DNA of 64,000 nt from NCBI RefSeq assembly GCF_006345805.1, contig NC_042999.1:23064001-23128000 (forward strand), given 5' to 3'. This stretch comes from Octopus sinensis. Its lineage: Eukaryota. Below, one piece after another: positions 11,970-24,988 of the stretch. A program made the position numbers and the translations under genes. Positions within the stretch are counted from its first letter, which is position 1; each line of letters opens with the position of its first letter. The notes beneath the pieces were generated by a model. That model saw only the letters and a list, made by a program, of their open reading frames with translations. It had not been told where the DNA came from and made no database searches.

Positions 11970-12500
11970 AATATTGGTTTCGAATTTTAACACAAGGCCA
12001 GTAATTCAGGAGATGGGATGTGTCAATTACATTGACCCCAGTGTTCAACAGGTACTTACTTTGACTGCAAAAGGATGAAAGGCAAAGTTGACCTCAGTAG
12101 AGTGGGGAGGTGGAGGGCAGTCGATTAGATCGACCCTAGTATGCATCTGGTATTTACTTTGATTTCAAAAGGATGAAAAGCAAAGTCGCCCTCAGCAGAA
12201 TTTGAACTCAGATAGTAAAGACAAACGAAATGCTGCAAGATGTTTTGTACCCCATGCTACCAATTATGCGAGATCACTGCCTTAACCAACGTTAATCTTT
12301 TCTACTGTAAGCACATGGCATGAAATGTTTGGGGAGGGGCGGGTAGTCGATTACATTGGCCCAAGTATGCAACTGGTACTTACTTTATCGACTTCAAAAG
12401 GATAAAAGGCAAAGTCACCCTCAGCAGAATTTGAACCCAGAAAGTAAAGACAAACGAACTGCCATTAAGCATATTACCAATTATGCCAGCTCACTGCTTT
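11970..12500 (-). mobile_element. Family B SINE pieces opposite to the array
   Basis: Three partial copies with shared variants. Confidence 0.75.
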
Positions 12501-12959
12501 AACCAACATTAATACTGAGCAGTATGTTGCTGTTGTTTGTATTGTTGTTCTTACTGTTATAGTTTATCCCTAGTTTAGTTTAACATAACTGAGAAAATCT
12601 ATGATCTGAAGCATGATCTGAAGCCTATGACCTCCCCCCCCCTTTTTTTTTCCTTTTCTCCTACATCATCAACACTACCCATTATATCTTTTCTTATTTA
12701 AGAGCAGTTGGTATGATTTGAAGGAGATTTGGTTACTATTTTTAGCAGGATGAGTGACCACATTTATAGGCTTAACCACCTTATCATTATCTATTTCTTT
12801 CTTTCTCTCTTTCCTTTGTTTCCTCTCTCTTTCTCTCTCATTGGTTTTAATATTCAATATGATGTAAAAGAGATCTGAAGGAAAAATTAAAGAAGCAAAA
12901 AAAAAAACATAAAAATACACTGAAATAAAGGCAAATATTTGATTTCTAGTTTTTATTAC

Positions 12960-13157
12960 CGTTAATGTCTTGACGTTCTTCCCTTTATCTTTATCGTCGT
13001 CATATTTGAAACTGTTGTCTTGCCAATGAACTTGACCAGAGCTGTCCCCAAAGAAAGTGAACTTCTCTGTCACGAAAACAGCGGTCAGAAGTGTTTCAGG
13101 AGTGAGTAGCCAGTCCATTTCTATTGTATCTTGTAGAATTATAGAATATTCACCTTT
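12960..13157 (-). CDS. TEP1: TEP1-like exon (phase 0-0)
   Basis: TTTTTCAG acceptor, GTAATA donor; KGEYSIILQDTIEMDWLLTPETLLTAVFVTEKFTFFGDSSGQVHWQDNSFKYDDDKDKGKNVKTLT. Confidence 0.82.
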
Positions 13158-13261
13158 CTGAAAAATATAAACACATCATCATTATCATCATCTTTTAATG
13201 TCTGTTTTCCATGCTAGCATGGTTTGAACTGTTTGACAGGAGCTGATAAGACATACTATTG

Positions 13262-13735
13262 TCAAGACAGACTATTGTCAAGACAGACTATTGACAAGAA
13301 AGATCATTGACAAGACAGAGTATTGACTAGGTAGGGTATTGATAAGGCAGAGTATTGACAAAGCAGAGTATTGACAAAGCAGAATATTAACAAGACGGAG
13401 TGCTGACAAAACAGAGTATTGACAAGATGGGGTATTATCAGAACAGTATTGAAAAGGCAGTATTGACCATTCAGCATATTGACAAGGCAGGGTATTGACA
13501 AGGCAGGGTATTGACAAGGCAGGGTATTGACAAGGCAGGGTATTGACAAGACAGGGTATTGACAAAGCAGAGTATTGACAAAGCAGAATATTAACAAGAC
13601 GGAGTGCTGACAAAACAGAGTATTGACAAGACGGAGTATTGTCAGAACAGTATTGACAATTCAGGATATTGACAGGGCAGGGTATTGACAAGGCAGAGTA
13701 TTGACAGGGCAGGGTATTGACAAGGCAGGGTATCG
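13262..13735. repeat. ~20-bp minisatellite (GAGTATTGACAAGGCAGG-like)
   Basis: TATTGACAA anchor about every 20 bp. Confidence 0.9.
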
Positions 13736-13999
13736 CTCTTCCTGTCACCAAACCCCACCTGTTTCCATGCAAGGTAATATTTCCCCACAGCTGAACATAT
13801 TTTCACAAAAGCATGAAATCGATTTTGGTTGAAGGTTATGGGTTTATTGTCCCTAGCATAGCAAAATAAAAAGAACTAGTACTCTGTTAGTCATGATGAT
13901 AAGGTTTCCAGTTGATATGATCAATGGAACAGTCTGCTCATGAAATTAAGGTGCAAGGGGTTGAGACACTTCACAGACATAAGTACCTATTTCTTTACT

Positions 14000-14222
14000 A
14001 CCCACAAGGGGCTAAACACAGAGGGGATAAACAAGGACAGACACATGGATTAAGTCGATTACATCGACCCCAGTGCGTAACTCGTACTTATTTAATCGAC
14101 CCCAAAAGGATGAAAGGCAAAGTCGACTTCGGTGGAATTTGAACTCAGAATGTAACGGCAGATGAAATACGGCTACACATTTCGCCCGGCGTGCTAACGT
14201 TTCTGCCAGCTCACCGCCTTTA
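14000..14222 (-). mobile_element. Family B SINE, alternative tail subtype
   Basis: Family B core with TACCCACAAGGGGCTAAACACAGAG tail. Confidence 0.82.
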
Positions 14223-14597
14223 CAGACATAAGTACAGATCACCGCTCACAGACATAAGTACCGTTTATGTAATTCTCAGGGAGATTCAGCATGAAAGGGA
14301 ACATAACAAGGCTGGCCCTTTGAAATACAGGTGCAATTTATTTTTGACAGCTCAGTGGACTGCAGCAACATGAAATAGAGTGTCTTGCCCAAGGACACAA
14401 AACACTGCTGGGAATTGAATTCCTGACCTTGTGATAACAAGCCAAACATCCTAACCATTAAGCCATGTGACTTCACATGGAAATATGGCAGATGTTAAGA
14501 CAATGGTGAGGATTGTTATTACATTAAAAACAAAAGCAAAAACAAGAAAAAAAAGGGGGAAGAGAAAAACAAAAGACCATAAAAACATAGACCTTAC

Positions 14598-14703
14598 CTT
14601 ATTAGTTACATGCCATATGAGAAAATGTCGGTCATCAGTTATACTAATCATCAGTATTTTGTCCTTTAGTTTGACTGAAGAGAATGTCACAACATTTTCT
14701 TCG
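14598..14703 (-). CDS. TEP1: TEP1-like exon (phase 2-0)
   Basis: TTCCAG acceptor, GTAAGG donor; EENVVTFSSVKLKDKILMISITDDRHFLIWHVTNK. Confidence 0.82.
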
Positions 14704-14749
14704 CTGGAAAATTGTGAATAAAATTCGATACATTAGATAAATAGAATTC

Positions 14750-15113
14750 TTATTCTTTTACTTGTTTCAGTCATTTGACTGCGGCCATGCTGGAGCACTG
14801 CCTTTAGTCGAACAAATCAATCCCAGGACTTATTCTTTGTAAGCCTACTACTTATTCTATCGGTCTCTTTTGCTGAACCGCTAAATTACGGGGACGTAAA
14901 CACACCAGTATCAGTTGCCAAGTGATGTTGGGGGGATAAACACACACACACACACACACATATATATGACAGGCTTCTTTCAGTTTCCGTCTACTAAATC
15001 CACTCACAAGGCTTTGGTTTGCCCGAGGCTATAGTAGAAGACACTTGTCCAAGGTGCCTGGAACCATGTGGCTGGTAAGCAAGCTACTTACCACACAGCA
15101 ACTCCTGCGCCTG
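14750..15113 (-). mobile_element. SINE family A
   Basis: Colinear with other copies, small internal deletion. Confidence 0.85.
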
Positions 15114-15734
15114 TCTAAGTTACAATATTGGATTTTCGAATTTATTATATTAAATTTCTAAAGTTATCTTTTCTGTATTTTTTAGCACTACACATCTATA
15201 TGAGATACTTTCTCTCAACGAATACTGCAGTTTATCAGGCTTTCAACAATGTATCTGTTTTAAGTATGATATACAGGTTGCTTTCCTGAATTAGTACTGC
15301 TTCTGTCACTGATAATGAATTTTTATTCAGCCTACCAACTAATTGCATCACCAGTGATTTGTGAATCACCATTTCTCTATATCAGTTGAGGCTAAATTTC
15401 TTTAAGCATGCAGTTGCTAATGGATACTTGCTGCAGATGCCACTCAGAGAAGATAATGTGTTGGTTTATTAAAACCTCACCCATTCACACTGCCTCATCT
15501 TTCCATCATTTTTTTTTCAATTTTGTCATTTTTCATTTTTGGCTTTTCGTTTCTCCATTGCTATTATCACTTTTTTTACCTGTTCATTTCTCCTATCACA
15601 TTCACAACTGCCTCAACACACACCCATACTAACCTCTCATAGTATAGCATCCCCTGCTTCTTTCTGACACTACACTTTATTTCCCCACTTTCACATTCCC
15701 AGCCTGTCCTACTAATAGTGTTGAAACCAAACTC

Positions 15735-16040
15735 GGTGACTGGCATCTGTTGCTAGTGGAGCGCTAAGAGTACCATACGAGTGAAATCGTTGCCAAAGCA
15801 ACAAGCTGGCCTTTGTGCCAATGGCACGTTAAATACACCATTCGAGTGTGATTGTTACCTGCGTCGCCTTACTGGCAGTTGTGCTGGTGGCATGTGAAAC
15901 ATTCGAGCAAGGTCGTCGCCAGTGCCGCTGGACTGGCTCCTGTGCTGGTGGCACATAAAAAGCACCGTTTGGGCGTGGCCATCGCCAGTACCTCCAAACT
16001 GTCCCTCGTGCCGGTGGCACATAAAAGCACCCACTACACT
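15735..16040 (+). mobile_element. Family C fragment
   Basis: Same repeat units as 7290-7756. Confidence 0.75.
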
Positions 16041-16265
16041 CTTGTTTTGTCCTTTACTGAGTAGGATCGGGTTTTTGTTATATGAACTGTTTTTTGTTAG
16101 CGTTTTTCACAGCTGAGAGCCCTTTATGCAACTAAATACTCAACAACAAAGTAAGTAGTTCAATCTGTGATAAGGAAATGAGGACCCAAGCAGCAAACTG
16201 AACACTGCTCAAGTGATGCAACCAAGTAAAATTTAAATGTATGACAATGTTGCCAGTATGTGGAA

Positions 16266-16644
16266 GCACTCCGTCGGTTACGACGACGAGGGTTCCGGTT
16301 GATCCGAATCAACGGAACAGCCTGCTCGTGAAATTAACGTGTAAGTGGCTGAGCACTCCACAGACACGTGCACCCTTAATGTAGTTGTCGGGGATATTCA
16401 GCGTGACACAGAGAGTGACAAGGCCGGCCCTTTGAAATACAGGTACAACAGAAACAGGAAGTAAGAGTGAGAGAAAGTTGTGGTGAAAAAGTACAGCAGG
16501 GATCACCACCATCCCCTGCCGGAGCCTCGTGGAGCTTTAGGTGTTTTCGCTCAATAAACACTCACAACGCCCGGTCTGGGAATTGAAACCGCGATCCTAT
16601 GACCGCGAGTCCGCTGCCCTAACCACTGGGCCATTGCGCCTCCA
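16266..16644 (-). mobile_element. tRNA-derived SINE family D, near full length
   Basis: Head TGGCCCAGTGGTTAGGG..GGTTTCAATTCCC (A/B boxes); related copies at 14265-14470, 25598-25920, 24642-24955, 29818-30060, 36130-36420. Confidence 0.85.
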
Positions 16645-17010
16645 GTATAGGCCATCACCCAAAGAAAATGTATTAACAAAAGAAAAGGGAGCAGTTGTTG
16701 GAAAAAGTTTCCATGGTTATAAGAAGCAACAAACTCAAGTCGTATTACATTATTTATGTATATACAGGTACAGGTGTGGTTGTGTAGAAGAAGTTTGTTT
16801 CCCAATCACATAGTTATGAGTTCAGTCCCACAGCAAGGCACTTTGGACAAGTGTTTTCTACTATAGTCCTGGGACAACCAAAGCCTTGTGAGTGGATATG
16901 GTAGGAGAAAACTAAAAGAGGCTCACTATGTCTGCATGAGTGTGTGTGTGTGTATTATGGATTCTCTTGTCATGAATGTCAAATGTGTGTTCAGTAAAAT
17001 AAAGCATTAA

Positions 17011-17615
17011 CCTTTTTGTTATTGTATTTATTTTGAGATGCTCTGTGTTCCTTTCAATTACTTTTTACTCTCTTTCAGTCATTTGACTGTGGCCATGCTG
17101 GAGCACCGCCTTTAGTCGAGCAAATCGACTTCGGGACTTATTCTTTTGTAAGCCCAGTACTTATTCTATCGGTCTCTTTTGCCGAACCGCTAAGTGACGG
17201 GGATGTAAACACACCAGAATCGGTTGTCAAGCAATGCTAGGGGGACAAACACAGACACACAAACACACACACATACATATATATACATATATACGACAGG
17301 CTTCTTTCAGTTTCCATCTACCAAATCCACTCACAAGGCATTGGTCGGCCTGGAGCTATAGCAGAAGACACTTGCCCAAGATGCCACGCAGTGAGACTGA
17401 ACCCGGAACCATGTGGTTGGTTAGCAAGCTACTTACCACACAGCCACTCCTGCACCTTTAAATATAACAAAGAATTTAGTAAAATAACTTAAGCTAGTTT
17501 TAGGAACATAAATTGTGACTAATGTTTGGTGGAAGATTTTAATTCAAAACTTATGAAAACAAGACATTTGTACTCAGAGCCAGAGCCAGTTTCAGCCCAG
17601 TTGGTAACAAAATGG
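17011..17615. mobile_element. Same TTAA MITE family, interrupted by a SINE
   Basis: TTAA at 17007 and 17616; internal sequence matches 40944 copies; SINE at ~17062-17455. Confidence 0.8.
17062..17455 (-). mobile_element. SINE family A
   Basis: Colinear copy inside TTAA MITE. Confidence 0.85.
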
Positions 17616-17624
17616 TTAATCAGT

Positions 17625-17800
17625 TCTGTGGACACAAATGTGTCCCTTGAGGCCTGCTGGTGCCTTGCAAACCTTTTGGTAAATAGTGCAAGTTGAGGAC
17701 TCAGCTTGCTTGAGTTCTTGTGAATCATTTGCTATGTGTTTTCTTGAGTGGACAGCAAGGCCTACTTTACTTTGTGCCCCAAAACCACAATGACAGGTAA
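17625..17800 (-). mobile_element. LINE-like C-terminal zinc-finger fragment
   Basis: CHCGFGAQSKVGLAVHSRKH and CTIYQKVCKAPAGLKGHICVH resemble decayed RTE-type terminal zinc fingers. Confidence 0.5.
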
Positions 17801-18154
17801 GGTTTCCATATACCGTTAATCCTCGAGTATAAATAATCTGCATTTTTTTCCCAAAATTTAAAGGTCAAAATCCCTAGTTTTCTTGAGTGGACAGCAAGGC
17901 CTACTTTACTTTGTGCCCCAAAACCACAATGACAGGTAAGGTTTCCATATACCGTTAATCCTCGAGTATAAATAATCTGCATTTTTTTCCCAAAATTTAA
18001 AGGTCAAAATCCCTAGTTTTCTTGAGTGGACAGCAAGGCCTACTTTACTTTGTGCCCCAAAACCACAATGACAGGTAAGGTTTCCATATACCGTTAATCC
18101 TCGAGTATAAATAATCTGCATTTTTTCCCCAAAATTTAAAGGTCAAAATCCCTA
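17738..18154. repeat. Three near-identical 139-bp tandem units
   Basis: Units start 17738, 17877, 18016; identical ORFs at 139-bp offset in ORF track. Confidence 0.95.
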
Positions 18155-18557
18155 GTGCATACTATATACAAGGTTAAAAATGAAAATTATTTTTTAAGCA
18201 ATGTCCAAGTCTCTATTTGCTGTCTGGCAATGTTTATTCAGACGCATTTTGTGATGTCAGGTGCAAAAATACCTTAAATCATCCATAACTTGCAGTAAGC
18301 AACATTTATTAAACGTTATTACAGTTATTTCTTTATTTTCTACAAACAAAATGCACAAAAAAGCTACACGTTTGCATTATGTTATATATACAATAATAAT
18401 AAAGGACGTTACCCAATACATTTTTACAACCCAAGGACGTTATTTAGACCTCCTTGACTCAAGTTAGAGAATGGGCGTGTATTATACACAAGATTTAGGT
18501 TTTACAGAGGTACAGCCTCCTAAAAATCACCTGCGTATTATACTTGAAGATTTACGG
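18091..18557. mobile_element. TA-flanked TIR MITE (Tc1/mariner/pogo type)
   Basis: CCGTTAATCCTCGAGTATAA ... TTATACTTGAAGATTTACGG, TA on both sides. Confidence 0.75.
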
Positions 18558-18991
18558 TATATATGTAGGGAATCGGTTGTGTTTGTCTCCACCATTGCTT
18601 GACAAGTGGTGCAGGTTTATGACAAGAGACCAATAGAATGAGAATCAGATTTATAAAAAAAAACATGGTAGATGGAAACTGTGTGGAAGCCCAGTGCATA
18701 TATATATATGTGTGCATGTATATGTGTGTGTCTTTGTGTGTGTGTTGTGTTTGTCTCCCCCACCACTTGACAGTTATTGTTAGTTTGTTTATGTCCCCAT
18801 AACTTAGTAGGTCTGACAGAATAAGCACCAGACTTTAAAAAAATATACTGGAGTTGATTTGTTCAATTGAATCCTTCAAGGAAGTGCCCCAGCGTAGCCA
18901 CAGTCCAATGAATAAAACAAATAAAAAACAGAAGATAATAACAGTTCACAAATTTAAAAAAAAAAATAAATAAGATTCTTCATCAACTTAC

Positions 18992-19150
18992 CCAACATCT
19001 GTTTCGACGTAATCAGTGCTCAGCGAATGAAGATTTAGAGTAGTTTTCCGTGTGTAAGAAAGCAGTACATCCAGCATTGTTTGGCGTTGAGTTGTTGGCC
19101 AAGCTTCTAAGCTAACAACTGGTGTATCTAATGAATACTCTTTCATTTTC
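18992..19150 (-). CDS. TEP1: TEP1-like exon (phase 2-2)
   Basis: TTTAG acceptor, GTAAGT donor; KMKEYSLDTPVVSLEAWPTTQRQTMLDVLLSYTRKTTLNLHSLSTDYVETDV; open and phase-compatible. Confidence 0.8.
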
Positions 19151-19730
19151 CTAAATCAAAAGATAAGAATTTATTTGTTATTAGTAGATGAAGCACTATT
19201 AGTCCAAACTATATTTAAAGCATATATACTGTTGAAAGCCTTCTAAACTGTGGTATTCATCTCGAGAAAGCATCATCATTGTTAATGTCCACCTTCCATC
19301 TGGCATGGGTTGGACGGTTTGACAGGAGCCTGCACCAGACTTGGGTCTCTTTTGGTAGGGTTTTTACAGCTGGATGTCCTTCCTAACACCAACTGCCCAG
19401 CAGAGTGAACTGAATGCTTTTTATGTGATGCAAGGTTTTTACAGCTGGATGCCCTTCCAAATGCCAACCTCTTTACAGTGTGGACTGGATGTTTTTTTTT
19501 TTATGTGGCATCTGCATAGGCAGGGTCATCAAGTAACTTGCAACCTTTGAGAGGGGAGGGGGCATTGGAGGAGGTGACCTTGTGTCCAATGGTGAAAAGT
19601 TATAGTGAGACAGAGAGACGGACATCTTGAGATAAATGCCAGAGTTTAGAAGGCTTTCAATAGTATGCTTTAAGTATGATGTATAGATTTCTATACAAGA
19701 TCTTATATGGACCCAGGTTGAGAACGACTG

Positions 19731-20066
19731 ATCATCATCATCATTTAGCGTCCGTTTTCCATGCTAGCATGGGTTGGACGGTTCAACTGGGGTCTGTGAA
19801 GCCAGAAGGCTGCATCAGGCCCAGTCTGATCTGGCAGTGTTTCTACGGCTGGATGCCCTTCCTAACGCCAACCACTCCGCGAGTGTAGTGGGTGCTTTTT
19901 ACGTGCCACCCGCACAGGTGCCAGACGGAGCTGGCAAACGGCCATGAACGGATAGTGATTTTACGTGCCACCGGCACGGAAGCCAGGCCAGGCTGGCAAC
20001 GGCCACAAACGGATGGTGCTTTTACGTGCCACCGGCACGGAGGCCAGGCGAGGCTGGCAACGGACT
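19731..20066 (-). mobile_element. Family C: truncated RTE 3' end
   Basis: High similarity to 62591-62900 including (GAT)n tail. Confidence 0.85.
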
Positions 20067-20622
20067 CTATGTGAATTTGGGTTTTCTTCCTCCTATTCTC
20101 TGTTTAGTGGTTTGTAGTATTTGATTTCAACTTCAATAATCATAACTCTTTGCCCATTATCACATTGAGCTTTTCTCTACAGCAACCAAATCAACCCTTA
20201 ATTGCCCTCTGAAGTCTTATTAAAAAACAGAAAAGGATGCATCAGATAATGCAGTCCTTGATAGACAATGCATGAAAATAAGACAAGGTGGTCACAGAGC
20301 ACTTTTGGCCATAGATCTTCTCATTGAGGACTGATCAGAATGTGTGTGTGTGTTGCTGTGTGTTGGAGTATGTATGTATATGTTGCTATGTGTGTTGCTG
20401 TGTGTTGGAGTATGTATGTATATGTTGCTATGTGTGTTGGAGTATGTGTGTATATGTTGATGTGTGTGTGTGTTGGAGTATGTGTGTATATGTTGATGTG
20501 TGTGTGTGTTGGTGTGTGTGTGTTGGAGTGTGTGTTGCTGTGTGTGTTAGAGTATGCATGTATATGTTGGTGTGTGTGTGCATGTGTTGGAGTGTGTGTG
20601 TGTGTGTGTTGGAGTGTATATG

Positions 20623-20663
<41 letters not shown>

Positions 20664-21287
20664 TGCAATAAAAACATCAGCAGCAGTGTTAAGCTGCCAT
20701 CACCACAACTATTATCCTTTCCATTAACCTTCAATAAAGGTAACCATCATAATCATCGTTATTGCCCTTTATTGCTGTAATTATTATTATCATTATTATT
20801 TTTATTATTATTATCACCTTTCACTACATTTCAAGCTCTGTCATCACTCCACCCCCACCCCCCACTACCACCACCCTCACACGGAAACCAGTTATCTTCC
20901 TCCCCCATCCCCACCCCAATCTGTCTCATGCATGTCATCAATTTCCCAATAAATTTATCTCCTCCTCCTCTTCCTCCTCATCATCATATCATTATTTGTC
21001 GTCATCATTATCAGCACTACCACCACCACCACCACCACCACCACCACCATCATCATCACCATCATCATTAACCCATTCCATTATAGCATGTGTGCTTTGC
21101 TTGAACATCCAAACAGTTTTCCTAAACATTGACATTTATCATCATCATTATCATCATCGTCATCATCATTATTATTCCGATGAAGTGAAGAATAAGAAGA
21201 AAAAAAAAAATCAAAGAAGGTGAAGGAGCGAAATCAAAGGGAATAACAAACGTAAACGAACGAATGAATGAAAAAGAAATTCTTTAC

Positions 21288-21415
21288 TTGACGGTGTACG
21301 ACGCTTTCTGTGGAACTATTTGCCAAATTTCGATGGTTTTGTGGTCTGTACCCGTAGCAAACATGGTGGCTTTGACATCATAAAAACACATACAATTGAC
21401 GGAAGACTCACTCAG
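21288..21415 (-). CDS. TEP1: TEP1-like exon (phase 0-2)
   Basis: TTTCAG acceptor, GTAAAG donor; LSESSVNCMCFYDVKATMFATGTDHKTIEIWQIVPQKASYTV. Confidence 0.87.
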
Positions 21416-21783
21416 CTGAAATCAATAAAAAACAACAAAATTAAACTTGAATATTATGTTATTGACAGCAACCTAATCTTCAATGTCAAAATAGAATTCA
21501 GGACACAGAAGCCATAAAATAAAACACTCCCATTTTGGAAGGAAGGAAGGTGGTTGGTTTCCGTTTAGTTTTGTTTTTGTTTGTTTGTTTGTTTGGTAGG
21601 GGGGGGGGGTTCCTCCTTTTTTTCCTCCACCCACTCCAACCCCACCTTGTTCTCAGAATATTTTTTTTCTTGAAAATATCTTTTATCAATTTCTTTCCTC
21701 ATAAATGCTTGGCAAACAGAGCTAAAAACAGGTTCCAGGCTCTTGTTTTGTGTAATATTTTGTGTGGTTTGTACGGTTTGTAA

Positions 21784-22180
21784 ACAGGAGTGGGTGTGTG
21801 GTAAGTAGCTTGCTTACGAACCACATGGTTCTGGGTTCAGTCCCACTGCGTGGCACCTTGGGCAGGTGTCTTCTACTATAGCCTCGGGCCAACCAAATCC
21901 TTGTGAATGGATCTGGTAGATGGAAACTGAAAGAAGCCTGTTGTATATATGTATATATGTGTGTGTGTGTGTGTGTGTATGTTTGTGTCTGTGTTTGTCT
22001 CCCCTAACATTGCTTGACAACCGATGCTGATGTGTTTACGTCCCCGTAACTTAGCAGTTCGGCAAAAGAGACCGATGGAATAAGTACTAGGCTTACAAAG
22101 AATAAGTCATGGGGTCAATTTGCTCAACTAAAGCATGGCTCCAGTCACATGACTGAAACAAGTAAAAAAGTAAAAAGAGA
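21784..22180 (+). mobile_element. SINE family A
   Basis: Colinear copy. Confidence 0.85.
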
Positions 22181-22621
22181 GGAAAAACAAACCAGCTTTA
22201 AAAAAAAAGAAGAAACTACTTCCCAACCATGTCACCTCAGGTTCAATCTCATTATGTGGCACCTTGGGCAAGTGTATTCTATTCTATCATCAAGTTAAAC
22301 AAAGCATCATAAGTGCATTTGGTACATGGAAACTGAAAGAAGCCTCTTGCATTCTTGATTTGAATCCATAATGTATAAAGATGCAGCGAGTATTTTTTTT
22401 TCAGTATGTATTAAGCTATATAACTAAGCATTGTTTTAGTGATTCCACTGACGAACTATGGATGACAAATTAATTTATTTGCTCATTAATAGAGAAACTC
22501 AAGTATGGGATTTCCATTCATTTTTGTGCCTTTATCAGCATTCCTCTAGAATTATTTATTTCATGGTTTGGGTTTAACTGCCCTTTTTAGCATGTAAGAA
22601 GTCCTGTTATGGGTCTTCTCT

Positions 22622-22970
22622 CTCTTTTACTCTTTTACTTGTTTCAGTCATTTGACTGCAGCCATGCTGGAGCACCGCCTTTAGTCGAGCAAATCGACCC
22701 CAGGACTTATTCTTTGTAAGCCTAGTACTTATTCTATCAGTCTCTTTTGCCGAACCGCTAAGTTACGGGGACGTAAACACTCCAACGTCGGTTGTCAAGC
22801 GATGTTGGGGGACAACATATATACGACGGGCTTCTTCCAGTTTCCATCTACCAAATCCACTCACAAGGCTTTGGTCAGCCCAAGGCTATAGTAGAAGACA
22901 CTTGCCCAAGGTGCCACGCAGTGGGACTGAACCGAGAACCATGTGGTTGCGAAGTAAGCTACTTACCACA
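22622..22970 (-). mobile_element. SINE family A
   Basis: Colinear copy, microsatellite nearly absent. Confidence 0.85.
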
Positions 22971-23226
22971 TATACATATATATATATATATATATGCCAG
23001 AAACTAAAAGAAGCCATATAAATATCACCGGCACAGGAACTTTTTATGTGGCACCAAAGTATTTTACCTATTTCTTATCCACTGCATCAATCAATCAATC
23101 GCACTATTGGTTTATTGATAAACAGCACCAGGTTAATATGAACTTATCATTATTCCATAAAGCACACACTTATATGTAAGTACTAAAGAGAAAAGAAAAG
23201 AAAGAAAACAGCAGTTGTTTGCTCAC

Positions 23227-23293
23227 CTTAAGAGTTGTGATGCACTTTGGGCGAGTCAAATTGGAAGCATTCCAAAATTTCACAGTTCCATCC
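23227..23293 (-). CDS. TEP1: TEP1-like exon (phase 2-0)
   Basis: CAG acceptor, GTGAGC donor; (R)DGTVKFWNASNLTRPKCITTLK. Confidence 0.9.
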
Positions 23294-23439
23294 CTGAAAT
23301 AGCATAAAGGAAATTTTAATAGAGCACATGTATTTGAGAAGTCCAAGGACAAACTAATTTATGTTAATACAGAAGAATGCTGTTGTTGTACTGCTCAAAG
23401 TCAGCTCTAATTGAGCATTCTAATAATTACAATTATATA

Positions 23440-23615
23440 TATATATATCATCACCATTTAACGTCCACTTTCCATGCTAGCATGGGTTGGATGGTTCAAC
23501 TGGGCTCCAGGAAGCCAGGAGGCTGCACAAGGCTCCAGCCTGTTCTGGCAGTGTTTCTACAGCTAGATACCCTTCCTAACGCCAATCACTCCATGGTGCT
23601 TTTTACGTGCCACCG
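23440..23615 (-). mobile_element. Family C short 3' end
   Basis: CCATGCTAGCATGGGTTGG tail. Confidence 0.75.
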
Positions 23616-24641
23616 TAATAAGATAAGAAAATAGAGAGAAATTAATAAATTATTATTTGTTAATTAAAAAATTGACAAATAAATAATAATTTACTAATTA
23701 CTTCTCTATATAAATATATATAAATCATGGTTTGGTTTATATAATTATCAAGCAGTTGAGTATTAATGTTCAACATTCTTTGTATAGGTAATTAACCAGT
23801 ACTTTCATAGGATTTTGCTATCCCTGAATGCAGTTTGTAATCTTTATTTGCACTTCTATATACACACATATATATATATTCTGTTGTGTATGGGGAGTCA
23901 TTTTCTTTTTGTGCCTTATAATTTAACACACTCACCGGTAAAATTTCTACTTATTTCTTATTTTTATTTTCCTAAAATTTTCGTTGCGTCTTGCAACCTT
24001 TTCAGTAGTCTTGACTCTGAGCTTCAAAGTAAACAAACACAACACACATTCACACTTACTTGCTCACTCACTCTCTCTTTCTCTGTATATATGTGTGTGT
24101 GTGTGTGTGTTTGTTTATGTGTGACCCTTGTCTTGACATCATCTGACAGTTATAAATGAGCAACAGCATCACAGAAGCAATGTTGTTCATTTCCAGTTTT
24201 CTAAGAGAAACGTATCTCATTATGGGAAAATAACTTCCATGTTTGGAGACAAGTGAGGGTTAGTGACAGGAAAGGCATCTGGCCATAGAAAATCTGCCTC
24301 AATAAATTCCTTCCAATCCTAGCAAGTCAAAACAATAATGAACAATGATGATGTACATTTTTATGTGGGGTTTGAGTGTAAAGCTCAAGTACAGAGACTG
24401 ATTATCTCCCTATGCTTGGGGCTCATAATGTTAATACATTACTACACTATCAACACCACATTTCAGTTAAAGCCTCATGCAAAAAAAATGTATTTTTTTT
24501 ATTTACCTTTAGCATGCTCTGGCACATCATGGTGGGGTATGAGTTTTCTCCCCTGTAGTTGCATGTGCATTGTGTATCAATGAGAGGGGAGAAAACTTGT
24601 ACGGCAACATGCCACATCTAATGCATGTTAAAGGTCAATAT

Positions 24642-24955
24642 GTGGAGGCACGATGGCCCAGTGGTTAGGGCAGTGAACTCGTGGTCGGAGGCCCATGGTT
24701 TCGATTCCCAGATTGGGCGTTGTGTGTGTTATTGAGTGAAAACACCTAAAAGCTCCACGAGGCTCCTGCAGGGGCTGATGGCAACCCCTATTGTACTCTT
24801 TCCCCACCAACTTTCTCTCACTTTCTTTCTGTTTCTTGAGTAATGCTGCGATGGACTGGCATCCCATCCACCTGGGGGGAACACATATGCCATAGAAACT
24901 GGGAAACCGGGCCCATGAGCCTGGCTAGGCTTGAAAAGGGCGCATAAATAAAAAA
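24642..24955 (+). mobile_element. SINE family D head with a different tail
   Basis: GGAGGCACGATGGCCCAGTGGTTAGGG..GGTTTCGATTCCC; body diverges from 16266 copy after ~200 nt. Confidence 0.8.
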
Positions 24956-24988
24956 AGGTCAATATGAAATTCAATGGTTAAGACTTAC

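Noticed and set aside
13278-13772. Cys-rich 164-aa ORF
   Set aside because: Translation of the 20-bp minisatellite
16560-16644. Possible tRNA gene
   Set aside because: SINE head: runs into SINE body, no closed acceptor stem or poly-T terminator; likewise other A/B-box heads
20762-21223. Pro/His/Ser-rich 153-aa ORF
   Set aside because: Concatenated trinucleotide runs, no splice or homology support
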